From Eubacteriales bacterium (GTDB taxonomy: Bacteria; Bacillota; Clostridia; Oscillospirales; CAG-272), in the NCBI GenBank assembly GCA_045602305.1, contig JAZSBJ010000040.1, positions 1 to 41,524 of the forward strand: a stretch of 41,524 nucleotides of DNA. The letters are read 5' to 3'. The position numbers were made by a program, and so were the translations under genes. Below, in pieces: positions 24,126 to 33,165 of this stretch. The notes below the pieces were generated by a model that searched no databases, was not told the origin of the DNA, and saw only the letters and a list, made by a program, of their open reading frames with translations. Positions within the stretch are counted from its first letter, which is position 1. Each line of letters opens with the position of its first letter.

Positions 24126-24216
24126 TTTGACTGTAAACTCCTATGCTTGGCCAGAATTGGGATGCTCCTACCGAGAAACGGAAGCGGAGCTTTGAAGGCG
24201 AAAGGAACCCTTTCCT

Positions 24217-25371
24217 TTAGGTGTTCTTTTGATACAGGGCGATATACTGATCTAGCATTTTTGCTTTGGAAAAATCGGCGTGCGCGATTTGGGCACCGTC
24301 AAGACGCGCCTTTACGGCGTTGAGGTCCCCTTGCGCTACGACGTTTTCTTTTGGCACGCTTTCGGGACTGCCGCCCGTGTTATACGTAATAACGGGCGTG
24401 CCGCACGCCTGTGCCTCGAGATTTACGGTGGGATAGTTGTCGTTGTAGGTGAGATTTAAAAACACGTCTGCGGCGGTGTAAATTTCCGCAAGCTCTGCCG
24501 TGTTGTTCGTTCTGGTGATTCCCAAAATCTTAGGCGGAAGCTCTGCTTTTTGTTTTTCTGTCAACCCGACAAGAACGATTTTGTACGAATCATCAAGCAT
24601 CTCGGCGAGCCGGACGAAATCGTAGAGGCCCTTGCTTCGGCTCCACGCGCTTGCTACTCCCAAAATGATTTTTTTGTTCTCAAGGGCGTGCCTTTGACGA
24701 AAATCTCCCGAGGTGGGCTTAAAGATCGAAGTGTCGATCCCGTTATTGATGATCTCAACGGGGAATTTTTCGAGAAACGATTGGCGCACAAGGTCTGCCA
24801 GCCAAAGAGAGGGCGTTACAACCGTTGCGTTTTCAAGAGAGGTAAACATTTTCTTCTTGACTTGAAAATTGTGCTTGCTCCGATCAACGATGCTCTTAGG
24901 ATAAGCGGCGTGCTTGTGACAGTTGTAGCACCCCTCTTTCCATTTGTCGCATCCAATAAGATTGCAACAGTGCCCGGTAAATGCCCAGCAGTCGTGAAGG
25001 GTCCAAACGACGGGCTTTTTTGAAGCCTTAAGATAGTCGAACAGGGGACGGAGATGAAGATAATAGCCGTGTAGATTGTGCAGATGGATAATGTCGGGGT
25101 CGTATGCCTTGACCCACCGGATAAACTTTTCGGTTGCACGACCGCTTCCAAAGCCTGAAGCATCCCAAAGACGAGCCTTCAGCCCGTGAAGCTTTACAGA
25201 AAGGGACGATCCGATACGGATGGCACGGACGGCGTGCTTGGGGGGCACGGATTCTCTGCCAAAGGCAATTTTGCATTCGTGTCCCAACGCCTCAAGCGAT
25301 TCGGCAAGATCGGTGCATATTCTTCCCGTGCTGCGAATGCCGCACACGGAGTTTATCATCAATATCCTCAT
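24217..25371 (-). CDS. Glycosyltransferase family 4 (Cys-rich HDCW..TGHC..C..C..C subtype)
   Basis: The sequence includes MRILMINSVCG, IIHLHNLHGYY, WTLHDCWAFTGHCCNLIGCDKWKEGCYNCHKH and, in the C-terminal GT-B half, NLEAQACGTPVI. Confidence 0.8.
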   Translation of the reverse strand: MRILMINSVCGIRSTGRICTDLAESLEALGHECKIAFGRESVPPKHAVRAIRIGSSLSVKLHGLKARLWDASGFGSGRATEKFIRWVKAYDPDIIHLHNLHGYYLHLRPLFDYLKASKKPVVWTLHDCWAFTGHCCNLIGCDKWKEGCYNCHKHAAYPKSIVDRSKHNFQVKKKMFTSLENATVVTPSLWLADLVRQSFLEKFPVEIINNGIDTSIFKPTSGDFRQRHALENKKIILGVASAWSRSKGLYDFVRLAEMLDDSYKIVLVGLTEKQKAELPPKILGITRTNNTAELAEIYTAADVFLNLTYNDNYPTVNLEAQACGTPVITYNTGGSPESVPKENVVAQGDLNAVKARLDGAQIAHADFSKAKMLDQYIALYQKNT

Positions 25372-25380
25372 TGACGCTCC

Positions 25381-26580
25381 TTATTGCATAATTATTTTAT
25401 ATGCCTTTTCGACCGTGTAGTTTTCGTGGAGATAGCGGATGCCTGCCTCACGCATCGCGTCGGCGTCGGCGGCGAGGGCTTGTGCAACGCAAGAGGAGAA
25501 AGCGGTGACGTCGTTCGACTCGCAAGAGAAGCCGAAGCCGCCGTCCTCAATAACCTGCCCGACGTCGGTGTTCGGGTCGGTTGCAGCAAGCACGGGAAGC
25601 CCTGCTTGAATATAGGAGAGAAGTCTTGACGGGAAGTTCGGGATGGTAAAGCGGTGGTCAAGGAAGATCATACCGATGTCGCACGCGGCGACCATCTTGT
25701 CGTAATCCGCCTTGGGCAGGCGCTTAAGGAGCTTTGCGTTCGTAAATTTTTCAGCGTCAAAGAATGCGGCGAGCTTTGCGTACTCCGTGCCGTCGCCAAC
25801 GACGAGAAAATACGCGTCAGCGTTGTTCTTTTCTGCCTTCAAGCACTCCATAAGAAAGGGAATGCCCTGCGGGCGACCGAGGTTGCCGCCGTATACGAAC
25901 ACCTTTTTGTCAAGGGGAATGCCGTATTTTTCGCGCAGAGCGACACGCTCTGCGGCTGTTACGCGCATATCCTGCGGCTCAATGGCGTTGGGGCAGATTT
26001 CGACCTTTGCACGATCCACCTCGGGATTGTGCTTCAGCACATAATCCACGTTCGCCTGTGACATACAGCCGATGCGGTCGGAGATGGCGTAGAGCTTCTT
26101 TTCCTTCTTGCGGAAATACTTGTAAAGAATGCCCTTAACGCCCGATTTCGACATCATACCGATGTCAACCGCGTTTTGCGGGAAAATGTCCTTTAAGAGC
26201 AGATAGGTCCTTGCCCCATCGCGCTTTTTGACGAATTTTACGGTGTCATAATGCGTGATGGGGGGCGTGGGATAGAGGACGAGATCAAATTTCACGTCCC
26301 CGAAATGCTTTTTGATCGCCTTGATATAAAGACGGGGAAGCATCACGGTGGTGATGCCCTTTTGAATGGGGTTCGCCTTTTTGTTTTTGCCGATCTTTAC
26401 GCGCAAAACGTGATAACCGTCCTCGTTTGTGAGGTTGGTTTCTGCATTTGCCGCTTTTTCAAGACCGCATACGATATAAATGTTGTGCCCGTTTCTCTTG
26501 AACTCGTGTAAAAGGTCGAGCGAAATGGAGTGCGCGCTCGCGTGAGAGATCGCACTGATGGAAGCATACAAGATGTTCAT
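25381..26580 (-). CDS. Glycosyltransferase family 4, WbuB-like (often an L-FucNAc/6-deoxy-HexNAc transferase)
   Basis: The start is the ATG at 26580 (MNILYASISAISHASAHSISLDLLHEF...). The region YPTPPITHYDTVKFVKKRDGARTYLLLKDIFPQNAVDIG is typical of WbuB-type enzymes found with fnlABC. Confidence 0.7.
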   Translation of the reverse strand: MNILYASISAISHASAHSISLDLLHEFKRNGHNIYIVCGLEKAANAETNLTNEDGYHVLRVKIGKNKKANPIQKGITTVMLPRLYIKAIKKHFGDVKFDLVLYPTPPITHYDTVKFVKKRDGARTYLLLKDIFPQNAVDIGMMSKSGVKGILYKYFRKKEKKLYAISDRIGCMSQANVDYVLKHNPEVDRAKVEICPNAIEPQDMRVTAAERVALREKYGIPLDKKVFVYGGNLGRPQGIPFLMECLKAEKNNADAYFLVVGDGTEYAKLAAFFDAEKFTNAKLLKRLPKADYDKMVAACDIGMIFLDHRFTIPNFPSRLLSYIQAGLPVLAATDPNTDVGQVIEDGGFGFSCESNDVTAFSSCVAQALAADADAMREAGIRYLHENYTVEKAYKIIMQ

Positions 26581-26590
26581 AACGTGTCCT

Positions 26591-27829
26591 TTATGCGTCG
26601 TATTTTTCAATCAAGTCGTGGCGAATGAGGTCCTTGCCGTCCGTACTGATGGCGCGGATGCGCGCGTTTGCCTCGGCGTGCTTGCGGTGCATTTCTTCTT
26701 CGGTGTCGGCAACGACTCTGAAGCAGGCGGCGCGGTCACCGCTGCCGTTGATGGTGCCGAATTTTGCACCCTTTTGCTTGTAAAGAATGGGATCGGTGAT
26801 TACACCCTCGGCGAAAAGCTCGTCAAAGCCTTCAAAATGATCAAGCTCGCCCGGATGACAATAGATATGCTCAACCACTTCGACGGGCTTGAAGGGCTCG
26901 GGCACCGCGTCGGCAACGTGGGGCGTTTCGCCGAGCGTTAGGTCGACGACCGCTTTGATGACGTCAAAGCCCGAAAGCTTCTTGGTAGAGATAAAGGTGA
27001 TACCGCCGCCGCTTCTCGCACAAAACTCGACAACGTTGATCTTTTTTCCGTCGTGGAGAAGCTGGACGATCATAGGGCTGTTTTTCAGTCCGAAGCCTGT
27101 GGCGATCTTTTGCACCGCATCGGCAATCTGTGCCTTGATATCATCGGATGCACACGAGGGCATACGAACGCGGTTGATAATGAATTTTCCGTCTTCCCCG
27201 ATCTTGTAAAGGTCGAACAGGGCAAGCACGTACGCTTTTCCGTTTTCAACATAACCGCTGACGGAGATCTCTTCGCCCTCGAAGAATTCTTCGATAATGG
27301 CGGTCTTGGAACGGCTGATGCGGACGGCGTTTTCGAATGCCGCCTTCGCTTCTTCAAGGCTCGTGACCTTGGCAACGCCGCGAGAAGAATATGCGTCGAC
27401 GGGCTTTACGATCAGCGGATAAGAAAGGTGCTTGATCGCGTTCTCGTCGAAGGCTTCGAGAATTACGAATTTCGTGGTGGGAACGCCGTTGTCCAAGAAA
27501 ATCTTTTTCATAAGAGATTTTTTCGAGGCGTTCTCGGCAATTTTTGCGTCGATATACCAAGGAAGCCCAAGCTCCTCAGCAACGATCGCGACGACCTCAA
27601 GCGCTTGGTCGGCGCAGGCCGTGATCAGAAAATCGACCTTTTCTTCGATAGCGAGTGCCTTGATAGCGGGGATGTCAAAAACCGACACCTTGCAGAACTT
27701 GTCCGCCAGGGGGCGGGCAACAACATTTTCGTTGGCATCCGCGAGGATGGTGTACACCCCGCGACGCTTTAATTCCTTGACAAGCGCGGCCTGCGGCACA
27801 CCGCCGCAAAGGACAAGACCTTTTTTCAT
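26591..27829 (-). CDS. ATP-grasp domain ligase (substrates unknown)
   Basis: It has a pre-ATP-grasp Rossmann-like N-terminus (MKKGLVLCGGVPQAALVKELKRRG) followed by KKSLMKKIFLDNGVPTTKF...YPLIVKPVDAYSSRGV...IIEEFFEGEEISVSG...VEFCARSGGG. The RBS is AAGGAG. Confidence 0.8.
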   Translation of the reverse strand: MKKGLVLCGGVPQAALVKELKRRGVYTILADANENVVARPLADKFCKVSVFDIPAIKALAIEEKVDFLITACADQALEVVAIVAEELGLPWYIDAKIAENASKKSLMKKIFLDNGVPTTKFVILEAFDENAIKHLSYPLIVKPVDAYSSRGVAKVTSLEEAKAAFENAVRISRSKTAIIEEFFEGEEISVSGYVENGKAYVLALFDLYKIGEDGKFIINRVRMPSCASDDIKAQIADAVQKIATGFGLKNSPMIVQLLHDGKKINVVEFCARSGGGITFISTKKLSGFDVIKAVVDLTLGETPHVADAVPEPFKPVEVVEHIYCHPGELDHFEGFDELFAEGVITDPILYKQKGAKFGTINGSGDRAACFRVVADTEEEMHRKHAEANARIRAISTDGKDLIRHDLIEKYDA

Positions 27830-27846
27830 AACAATATCTCCTTGGA

Positions 27847-28527
27847 TTATTTTCCGATGGGCTCTTTTTCGGCTTCCTGTTCCTGCTCTGCGGGCGGAAC
27901 GATGGGCGTGGGCGGGTTGCCGTTAAGCGCGTCGTTTTTGGTGAAGGCGACGCCGTCCTGCTTAAAGACGACGGCGACCGTCTTAAAGAAAATTTTAATG
28001 TCGAACCAAAGGCTGAATTTTTCAATGTATTCGACGTCGTATTCGATCTTTTCTGTCCAAGTAAGGTCGTTTCTTCCGTTGACCTGTGCCCAGCCCGTGA
28101 TGCCGGGACGCATATTGTGGCGCGTCTTTTGTCTTTCGTTGTAGCGCTCCACCTGGTAGGGAAGCGTGGGACGAGGACCGACGAAGCTCATAGAGCCGCT
28201 GAGAATGTTAAAGAGCTGCATCAGCTCGTCAAGGCTGGTTTTGCGTAGGAAGGCGCCAACCTTGGTGATGCGCTTTTGGGATTCAAGGGGATTGCCGTTT
28301 TCGTCGTAGCTCTCCTCGGGAATTCGCATCGTGCGGAATTTGTAGATCTTGAAGATCTTTCCGTTCTTACCGACGCGCTCCTGCGTGAATACGGCAGGAC
28401 CCTTAGACGTCAGCTTGATCACGATCGGGATCACGATCAAAACGGGGATCGCGATGAGGAAAAGAATGGCAAGAAGGGAAACGGTGATGTCAAACGCGCG
28501 TTTGATGAAAAGTTGAATTGCTCTCAT
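27847..28527 (-). CDS. Initiating phosphoglycosyl transferase, small monotopic PglC/EpsL/WcfS type
   Basis: The sequence reads [16 protein letters not shown]...[25 protein letters not shown]...[22 protein letters not shown]...[13 protein letters not shown]. An unusual ~35-aa Pro/Glu-rich C-terminal tail follows. Confidence 0.9.
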   Translation of the reverse strand: MRAIQLFIKRAFDITVSLLAILFLIAIPVLIVIPIVIKLTSKGPAVFTQERVGKNGKIFKIYKFRTMRIPEESYDENGNPLESQKRITKVGAFLRKTSLDELMQLFNILSGSMSFVGPRPTLPYQVERYNERQKTRHNMRPGITGWAQVNGRNDLTWTEKIEYDVEYIEKFSLWFDIKIFFKTVAVVFKQDGVAFTKNDALNGNPPTPIVPPAEQEQEAEKEPIGK

Positions 28528-28551
28528 AAGTACTTTCTCGCTTTCTGTGGA

Positions 28552-29811
28552 TCAGCGAAAGCAGCTCTTGACGATCTCGATGATCGCGGCTTGCTCGGCT
28601 TCGGTCATTTTGTTGTCGGACGGCAGGCAGAGCCCGCGTGCGAAGATGTCGGCGCCGACGTCGGCGCATCCGCCAGCGATGTAGGCGTTCGTGCGGCAGC
28701 GGCCCGTGCCCTCGCGGGTGACGAACTCGTGCATACGGTACATCGGCTGCATATGCATCGGCTTCCAAATGGGTCTGCCCTCGGCGTTGTGCGCGGCAAG
28801 CGCCTCAAGGATCTCGGTGGGGCAGGATGTTCCGGGCTCGGAGATGTAGAGCGCTTCCGAATCGCCGCGGACTTGACGGCACATAGCGTCCTTGTCAATG
28901 ATGAGGCAGGAGAGCCAGAAGTTCGGCTCGGTGCCCTCGGTGATGGGGTTCATTGTGACGGGAAGGTCGCGGAAGCCCTCGCGGTATCTTTCGTAGACCG
29001 CTTTCTTTCCCGCGATATGCTCGGCAAGGTGGGGGTACTGACCGCGAACGACGCCTGCGATGACGTTGCTCATACGGTAGTTGTAGCCGACTTCCTCGTG
29101 CTGATACCAAGGCGCATTCTCGCGGCTTTGCGTCGACCACTTGCGTACCTTGTTTGCCGTTTCGAGGTCGTTTGTGAGGAAGCATCCGCCCGCGGACCCC
29201 GTGATGATCTTGTTGCCGTTGTAGCTGACGGCAGAATAGTCGCCAAAGGAGCCGCATTGACGCCCGTCGATGGTAGCGCCCATCGCTTCGGCGGCGTCCT
29301 CAATAAGAAGCGCGCCGTGCTTTTCGCAGATGGCTTTGATCTCGTCCATTCTGCCGGGGAAGCCGTAGAGCTCTGCGGAAACGACGAGCTTTACCTCGGG
29401 ATACATCTCGAACGCCTTTTCGAGCGCGACGGGATCCATATTCCAAGAGCTTTCCTCGGTGTCGATAAAGACGGGAATTCCGCCCTCGTAAACGACGGGA
29501 TTCAGGGTGGCGTCAAAGGTCATATCCGAGCAAAATACGCGCTTGCCCTCAAGCGCCCCGTGGCTGATGGCGGGCTTGCCGTACAGCCTTTCCCCCGCGT
29601 GCTTTACCGCAAGGTGAAGTGCGGCGGTGCAGCAGGAAAGCCCTACCGCGTAACGCATTCCTGCGCTTTTGGCGGCGATGCGCTCCACCTCGTTGATGTT
29701 TTCGCCGACGGTGGACATCCAGTTGGTTTCATACGCCTCTTGGACGTACTTGATCTCGTCCCCGTGCATCGTGGGGGTGGCGAGCCAGACCTTTTTTTCA
29801 AAGCGTTCCAT
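28552..29811 (-). CDS. DegT/DnrJ/EryC1-family PLP-dependent sugar aminotransferase (PglE/EpsN-like)
   Basis: The ATG is at 29811 (MERFEKKVWLATPTMHGDEIKYVQEAYETNWMSTVGENI...). An internal SYNGNKIITG provides the PLP Lys context. It is the first gene after the operon promoter. Confidence 0.85.
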   Translation of the reverse strand: MERFEKKVWLATPTMHGDEIKYVQEAYETNWMSTVGENINEVERIAAKSAGMRYAVGLSCCTAALHLAVKHAGERLYGKPAISHGALEGKRVFCSDMTFDATLNPVVYEGGIPVFIDTEESSWNMDPVALEKAFEMYPEVKLVVSAELYGFPGRMDEIKAICEKHGALLIEDAAEAMGATIDGRQCGSFGDYSAVSYNGNKIITGSAGGCFLTNDLETANKVRKWSTQSRENAPWYQHEEVGYNYRMSNVIAGVVRGQYPHLAEHIAGKKAVYERYREGFRDLPVTMNPITEGTEPNFWLSCLIIDKDAMCRQVRGDSEALYISEPGTSCPTEILEALAAHNAEGRPIWKPMHMQPMYRMHEFVTREGTGRCRTNAYIAGGCADVGADIFARGLCLPSDNKMTEAEQAAIIEIVKSCFR

Positions 29812-29849
29812 AGACAAAGACCTCGTCTTTTTTTACTTTTATCTATGCT

Positions 29850-29878
29850 ATTATAATATAAATATATAAGAATGTCAA
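29850..29878 (-). promoter_or_regulatory. Sigma-A type promoter, exact TTGACA-N17-TATAAT, at the head of the polysaccharide operon
   Basis: On the minus strand, TTGACA is at 29878-29873, the spacer is 17 nt and AT-rich, and TATAAT is at 29855-29850. Confidence 0.7.
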
Positions 29879-29930
29879 GACTTTTGTGCAAAAAGCGATT
29901 ATTTGGAAAAAAGCGAAAACCGTACGGCAA

Positions 29931-29959
29931 CGAAAAAGCCCGTTCCAAAGGGAACGGGC
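29931..29959 (-). terminator. Intrinsic terminator after the aldo/keto reductase gene
   Basis: The stem is GCCCGTTCC (29938-29946) paired with GGAACGGGC (29951-29959), followed on the minus strand by TTTTT. Confidence 0.85.
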
Positions 29960-29973
29960 GGGTGCTATAAGCG

Positions 29974-31098
29974 TTATTCGAGGGCTTTGGAAAAATCGGC
30001 GAAGATCTCGGAGATCTTGATGCCCTGCGGGCATTTTTCTTCGCAGGCGCGGCAGCCGATACAAGAGGTAGGGAGCCCCTCTTCGCCGTATTTTTTGACG
30101 AGGCGGGCGCGTTCGGGGGCTGTACCTGTAAGACAGGTGTTGTTGTACACGGAGAGAAGCCGCGGAATAGAAAGCGCCGCGGGACAAACGCTCATACAGT
30201 ATTTACACTCGGTGCAAGCGAGCGTTTTCTTGGCGAGCAGGCGCTCGGCGATGGCAAAGAGCGCTGCCCTTTCCGTTTCGTTTAAGGGCTTTCTCTCGGC
30301 AAAGGTACGGGCGTTGTCCTCCACGATCTCCTCGGTCGTCATACCCGAAAGCACCACGGTGACCTCGGGGATGGATTGTAAGAAGCGAAAACTCCACGCG
30401 CCGATGCTCTCGTCGGGGCGGAGCGCCTTTAAGAGCGCCTCATCCTCGGGCGAGAGGGAAGCGAGCCTACCACCGCGCAAGGGCTCCATTACCCAAATGG
30501 GAAGCCCCTCACGGCGTAAAATGTCCACCTTTTCCTTCGCCTCTTGGAGCGTCCAATCCAGCCAGTTGAGCTGCATTTGGCAAAAGTCGAACATAGGACG
30601 GTAGGCGGCGAGAAATTTTTCTAAGGTGGGGTTGGAGGCGTGCGTGGAAAAGCCGAAATAGCGGAAGCGCCCCTGCTTTTTTTGCTCGGCGAGAAATTCG
30701 GGAATACGGAGCGCGGGGTCGGTAAAGACGGGGTAGGTCATATCGCTTAGGTTGTGAATGAGATAAAAGTCAAAGTAGTCGACGCCCGTTTTCTCAAACT
30801 GCTTTTCAAAGAGCGCGCGCATTCCCGCTTCGCCCTCGAAATCGTACCAAGGCATTTTCGTGGCGAGATAGTAGCTCTCGCGCGGGTAGCGGGAGAGGAT
30901 CTTGCCGACCGCTTCCTCGGAAAGCCCGTTGTGGTAGAACCACGCGGTGTCAAAGTAGTTGACGCCGCGCTCGATGCAAAGGTCGAAAAGGCGGGTGGTC
31001 GCCGCCATATCCACGCTTCCGTCGGGGTGGGTGGGGAAGCGCATTCCGCCCATACCGAGCATAGAAAGGGACAACCCTTTGAAATCGTTGTATATCAT
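29974..31098 (-). CDS. Aldo/keto reductase with a C-terminal 4Fe-4S ferredoxin-type domain
   Basis: The AKR N-terminus reads LGMGGMRFP...GVNYFDTAWFYHNGLSEEAVGK. The C-terminal Cys clusters are CTECKYCMSVCP and CIGCRACEEKCP. Confidence 0.85.
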   Translation of the reverse strand: MIYNDFKGLSLSMLGMGGMRFPTHPDGSVDMAATTRLFDLCIERGVNYFDTAWFYHNGLSEEAVGKILSRYPRESYYLATKMPWYDFEGEAGMRALFEKQFEKTGVDYFDFYLIHNLSDMTYPVFTDPALRIPEFLAEQKKQGRFRYFGFSTHASNPTLEKFLAAYRPMFDFCQMQLNWLDWTLQEAKEKVDILRREGLPIWVMEPLRGGRLASLSPEDEALLKALRPDESIGAWSFRFLQSIPEVTVVLSGMTTEEIVEDNARTFAERKPLNETERAALFAIAERLLAKKTLACTECKYCMSVCPAALSIPRLLSVYNNTCLTGTAPERARLVKKYGEEGLPTSCIGCRACEEKCPQGIKISEIFADFSKALE

Positions 31099-31137
31099 CG
31101 AACCTCTCCTTTTTGTATCAAGAAGTTTGCAAAAATA

Positions 31138-31614
31138 TCAATCTTTGTCAAGTATGGTTTCCATTCCGATCTTTTGCGGACGGAGCCCGAGCTTCTCGTA
31201 GAAGCGGATGGCACCCTCGTTGCACGCCCAAACGTTGAGGGTGAGATTATAGCATCCCTCGCTTTTTGCAAAGGCAAGCACGAAGTCGTAAAGTGCGCGC
31301 CCTACGCCTGTGCCGCGGGTGCTTTCGTCGACGCAAAGGTCGTCGATGTACAGCGTTTTGACATCGGTGAGAATGTTGTCGTTTTCGTGCCGGATAAAGA
31401 CGCAAAAGGCATAGCCCAAAATGTTGTCCCCGTCCTCGGCTACGAAAACGGGACGGCGATCGTCCGCAAGAATGGCAAGAAGCTCCCCGTCGGTATACTT
31501 TTTGGCGCCCGCCTTAAAGATGTCGGGGCGTCCTGCGTTGTGCACGTTTAATACCTGACAAAGCAGGCGGTTTAAATGGGGTAGATCGCGGCTTTCCGCG
31601 CGTCGAATGGTCAT
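31138..31614 (-). CDS. GNAT-family N-acetyltransferase
   Basis: 158 aa. The acetyl-CoA loop reads LCVDESTRGTGVGRALYDFV, with a C-terminal NEGAIRFYEKLG. Confidence 0.85.
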   Translation of the reverse strand: MTIRRAESRDLPHLNRLLCQVLNVHNAGRPDIFKAGAKKYTDGELLAILADDRRPVFVAEDGDNILGYAFCVFIRHENDNILTDVKTLYIDDLCVDESTRGTGVGRALYDFVLAFAKSEGCYNLTLNVWACNEGAIRFYEKLGLRPQKIGMETILDKD

Positions 31615-31627
31615 TTGGATACCTCTT

Positions 31628-32455
31628 TTATTTTAAAATATTGTCTACAATATACCGCATTGCGTGCTCGTCGTTCGAGCATACGGTGCGGTGCGCGGCA
31701 CGCTTTGCCTCGTCCACGGCGTTTCCCATTGCAAGGGCAAGCCCCGCGTGGGCAAAGTTGTCGAGGTCGTTGAGATTGTCGCCCACGGCGACGGTTTGGG
31801 CGCGGTCAGCGCCGAGAAGAGAAGCCAAGCGGTCAAGGGCGTTTCCCTTTCCTGCCTCTTTATTAAAAATTTCAATGTTGGTCGGCTCGGTGGCGGCGAC
31901 GCCAAAGGCACCGTCCGCACGGAAGCGGTCGCGGCACGCCGCAAGCTCCCCGTCAGATTTGAAAAACACGGCGACCATTTCGATGGCGTCAAGCCCATAG
32001 CAAAATTCCTTGAAATTTTCCACGGGAATGGCAAGCTCGTACATCGCTTTGCGAAAGGATGGCGGCACGCGGTGCGCGATATATGCGTCCTCGTTGTGCT
32101 TTTCCGCGTCAACGTAGACGTTGCCCGCGTAGTGCAAGAGAAGGTGCGTTTCGTATGCGAACATATAGTCGAGCGCGCGTCGTGCGTCATCGCCCGTCAT
32201 ACAGCGCGCGTCAAGGGGCATTTTTTTCTTCGTGTCGTAAATCACCGCACCGTCCGAGCAAATGAGGTACCGTGCGTCGGGGATGGCGCGCACGCAGGGA
32301 GGAAGCTCCCCGAGCGCTCTTCCCGAGGAGGGTACGAAAAACACGCCCATTTCCGTCATTTCGTGGATGGCGGCAAGGTTCTCTTCGCTCACGGTGCCTT
32401 GGCTGTTTAAGAGCGTGCCGTCAAGATCGGTTGCAATAATTTTATAACGAGGCAT
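31628..32455 (-). CDS. Cof-type HAD-IIB phosphatase
   Basis: Motif I is IIATDLDGTLL, motif II is PSSGR, and motifs III/IV are GKGNAL...AVGDNLNDL. Confidence 0.85.
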   Translation of the reverse strand: MPRYKIIATDLDGTLLNSQGTVSEENLAAIHEMTEMGVFFVPSSGRALGELPPCVRAIPDARYLICSDGAVIYDTKKKMPLDARCMTGDDARRALDYMFAYETHLLLHYAGNVYVDAEKHNEDAYIAHRVPPSFRKAMYELAIPVENFKEFCYGLDAIEMVAVFFKSDGELAACRDRFRADGAFGVAATEPTNIEIFNKEAGKGNALDRLASLLGADRAQTVAVGDNLNDLDNFAHAGLALAMGNAVDEAKRAAHRTVCSNDEHAMRYIVDNILK

Positions 32456-33143
32456 CCGGATTGCTCCTTTTTACTTTTAGTGAAAGTTTTTGCACTGCAC
32501 CCACCAATTGCCCCGAGAGCACAACGGTGAGAAGGGAATAAAGGATCCTTTGCAGGGGGATGTAGATGAGGGAGAGCGCAAGCACCGAAAGGTCGGTGAC
32601 GAGATACACCCATTGTATCGGGATATGCAAAAGACGGGAAAGGGACATCGCGAGCGCATCGTCTCCCGACGGCGCACCGCCGATCCGTACGCAAATGCCG
32701 CAGGAGATACCCACGAAAAGAGCACCGACGAGCGATGCGAGCAGCGGATATTCTCCAATGGTGGGGAAGAGGGGCGGGAACTGCTCGAAAATTGCATAGG
32801 ATAGGGAAAAGCCTGCGGTCGTGACGGCGGAATACACGACGAAGGTCCGCCCAAGCACGCGAAAGCCGAGAAGGTAACAAAGAAGATTGAGGACCGTTGT
32901 ACTGATGGCGGGGGATATGTGTAAGACCTTGTCAAAGAAGAGAGAGAGCCCCAAAATGCCGCCCTCGGTCACAGCGGACTGTGCGTGAATATGATACAGC
33001 CCAAAGGCGAGAAGCACGCTTGCCAAGAAGCCAAGCACACATTTTTTCCAAGAAATGTCCCGAAAAAGGACCCGAAACACGAAAAACACGACCTTTCCAT
33101 TTGTTCTACCTTGTATTATACAACAGCCAAAGCAAAAAGTCAA
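32442..33143 (-). CDS. YitT/YczE-like integral membrane protein (no DUF2179 tail)
   Basis: It has hydrophobic helices and the GGAPSGDDALAMSL motif. The start is uncertain. The 3' end overlaps the HAD gene start by 14 nt. Confidence 0.55.
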   Translation of the reverse strand: MTFCFGCCIIQGRTNGKVVFFVFRVLFRDISWKKCVLGFLASVLLAFGLYHIHAQSAVTEGGILGLSLFFDKVLHISPAISTTVLNLLCYLLGFRVLGRTFVVYSAVTTAGFSLSYAIFEQFPPLFPTIGEYPLLASLVGALFVGISCGICVRIGGAPSGDDALAMSLSRLLHIPIQWVYLVTDLSVLALSLIYIPLQRILYSLLTVVLSGQLVGAVQKLSLKVKRSNPDASL

Positions 33144-33165
33144 ATGCTTTTGGAAAGAAAAAAGG

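Noticed and set aside
24126-24216. A small hairpin (AAGGAA-AGGG-TTCCTT) right after the GT4 stop, considered as an internal terminator.
   Set aside because: The stem is short and AT-rich with no U-tract, and it lies within a tightly packed operon. It is probably not a terminator.
28276-29856. A 526-aa ORF on the plus strand across the aminotransferase and PGT genes.
   Set aside because: It is antisense to two strongly supported genes. The translation is Gly/Arg/Asp/Val-rich low-complexity sequence with no motifs. It is a shadow ORF.
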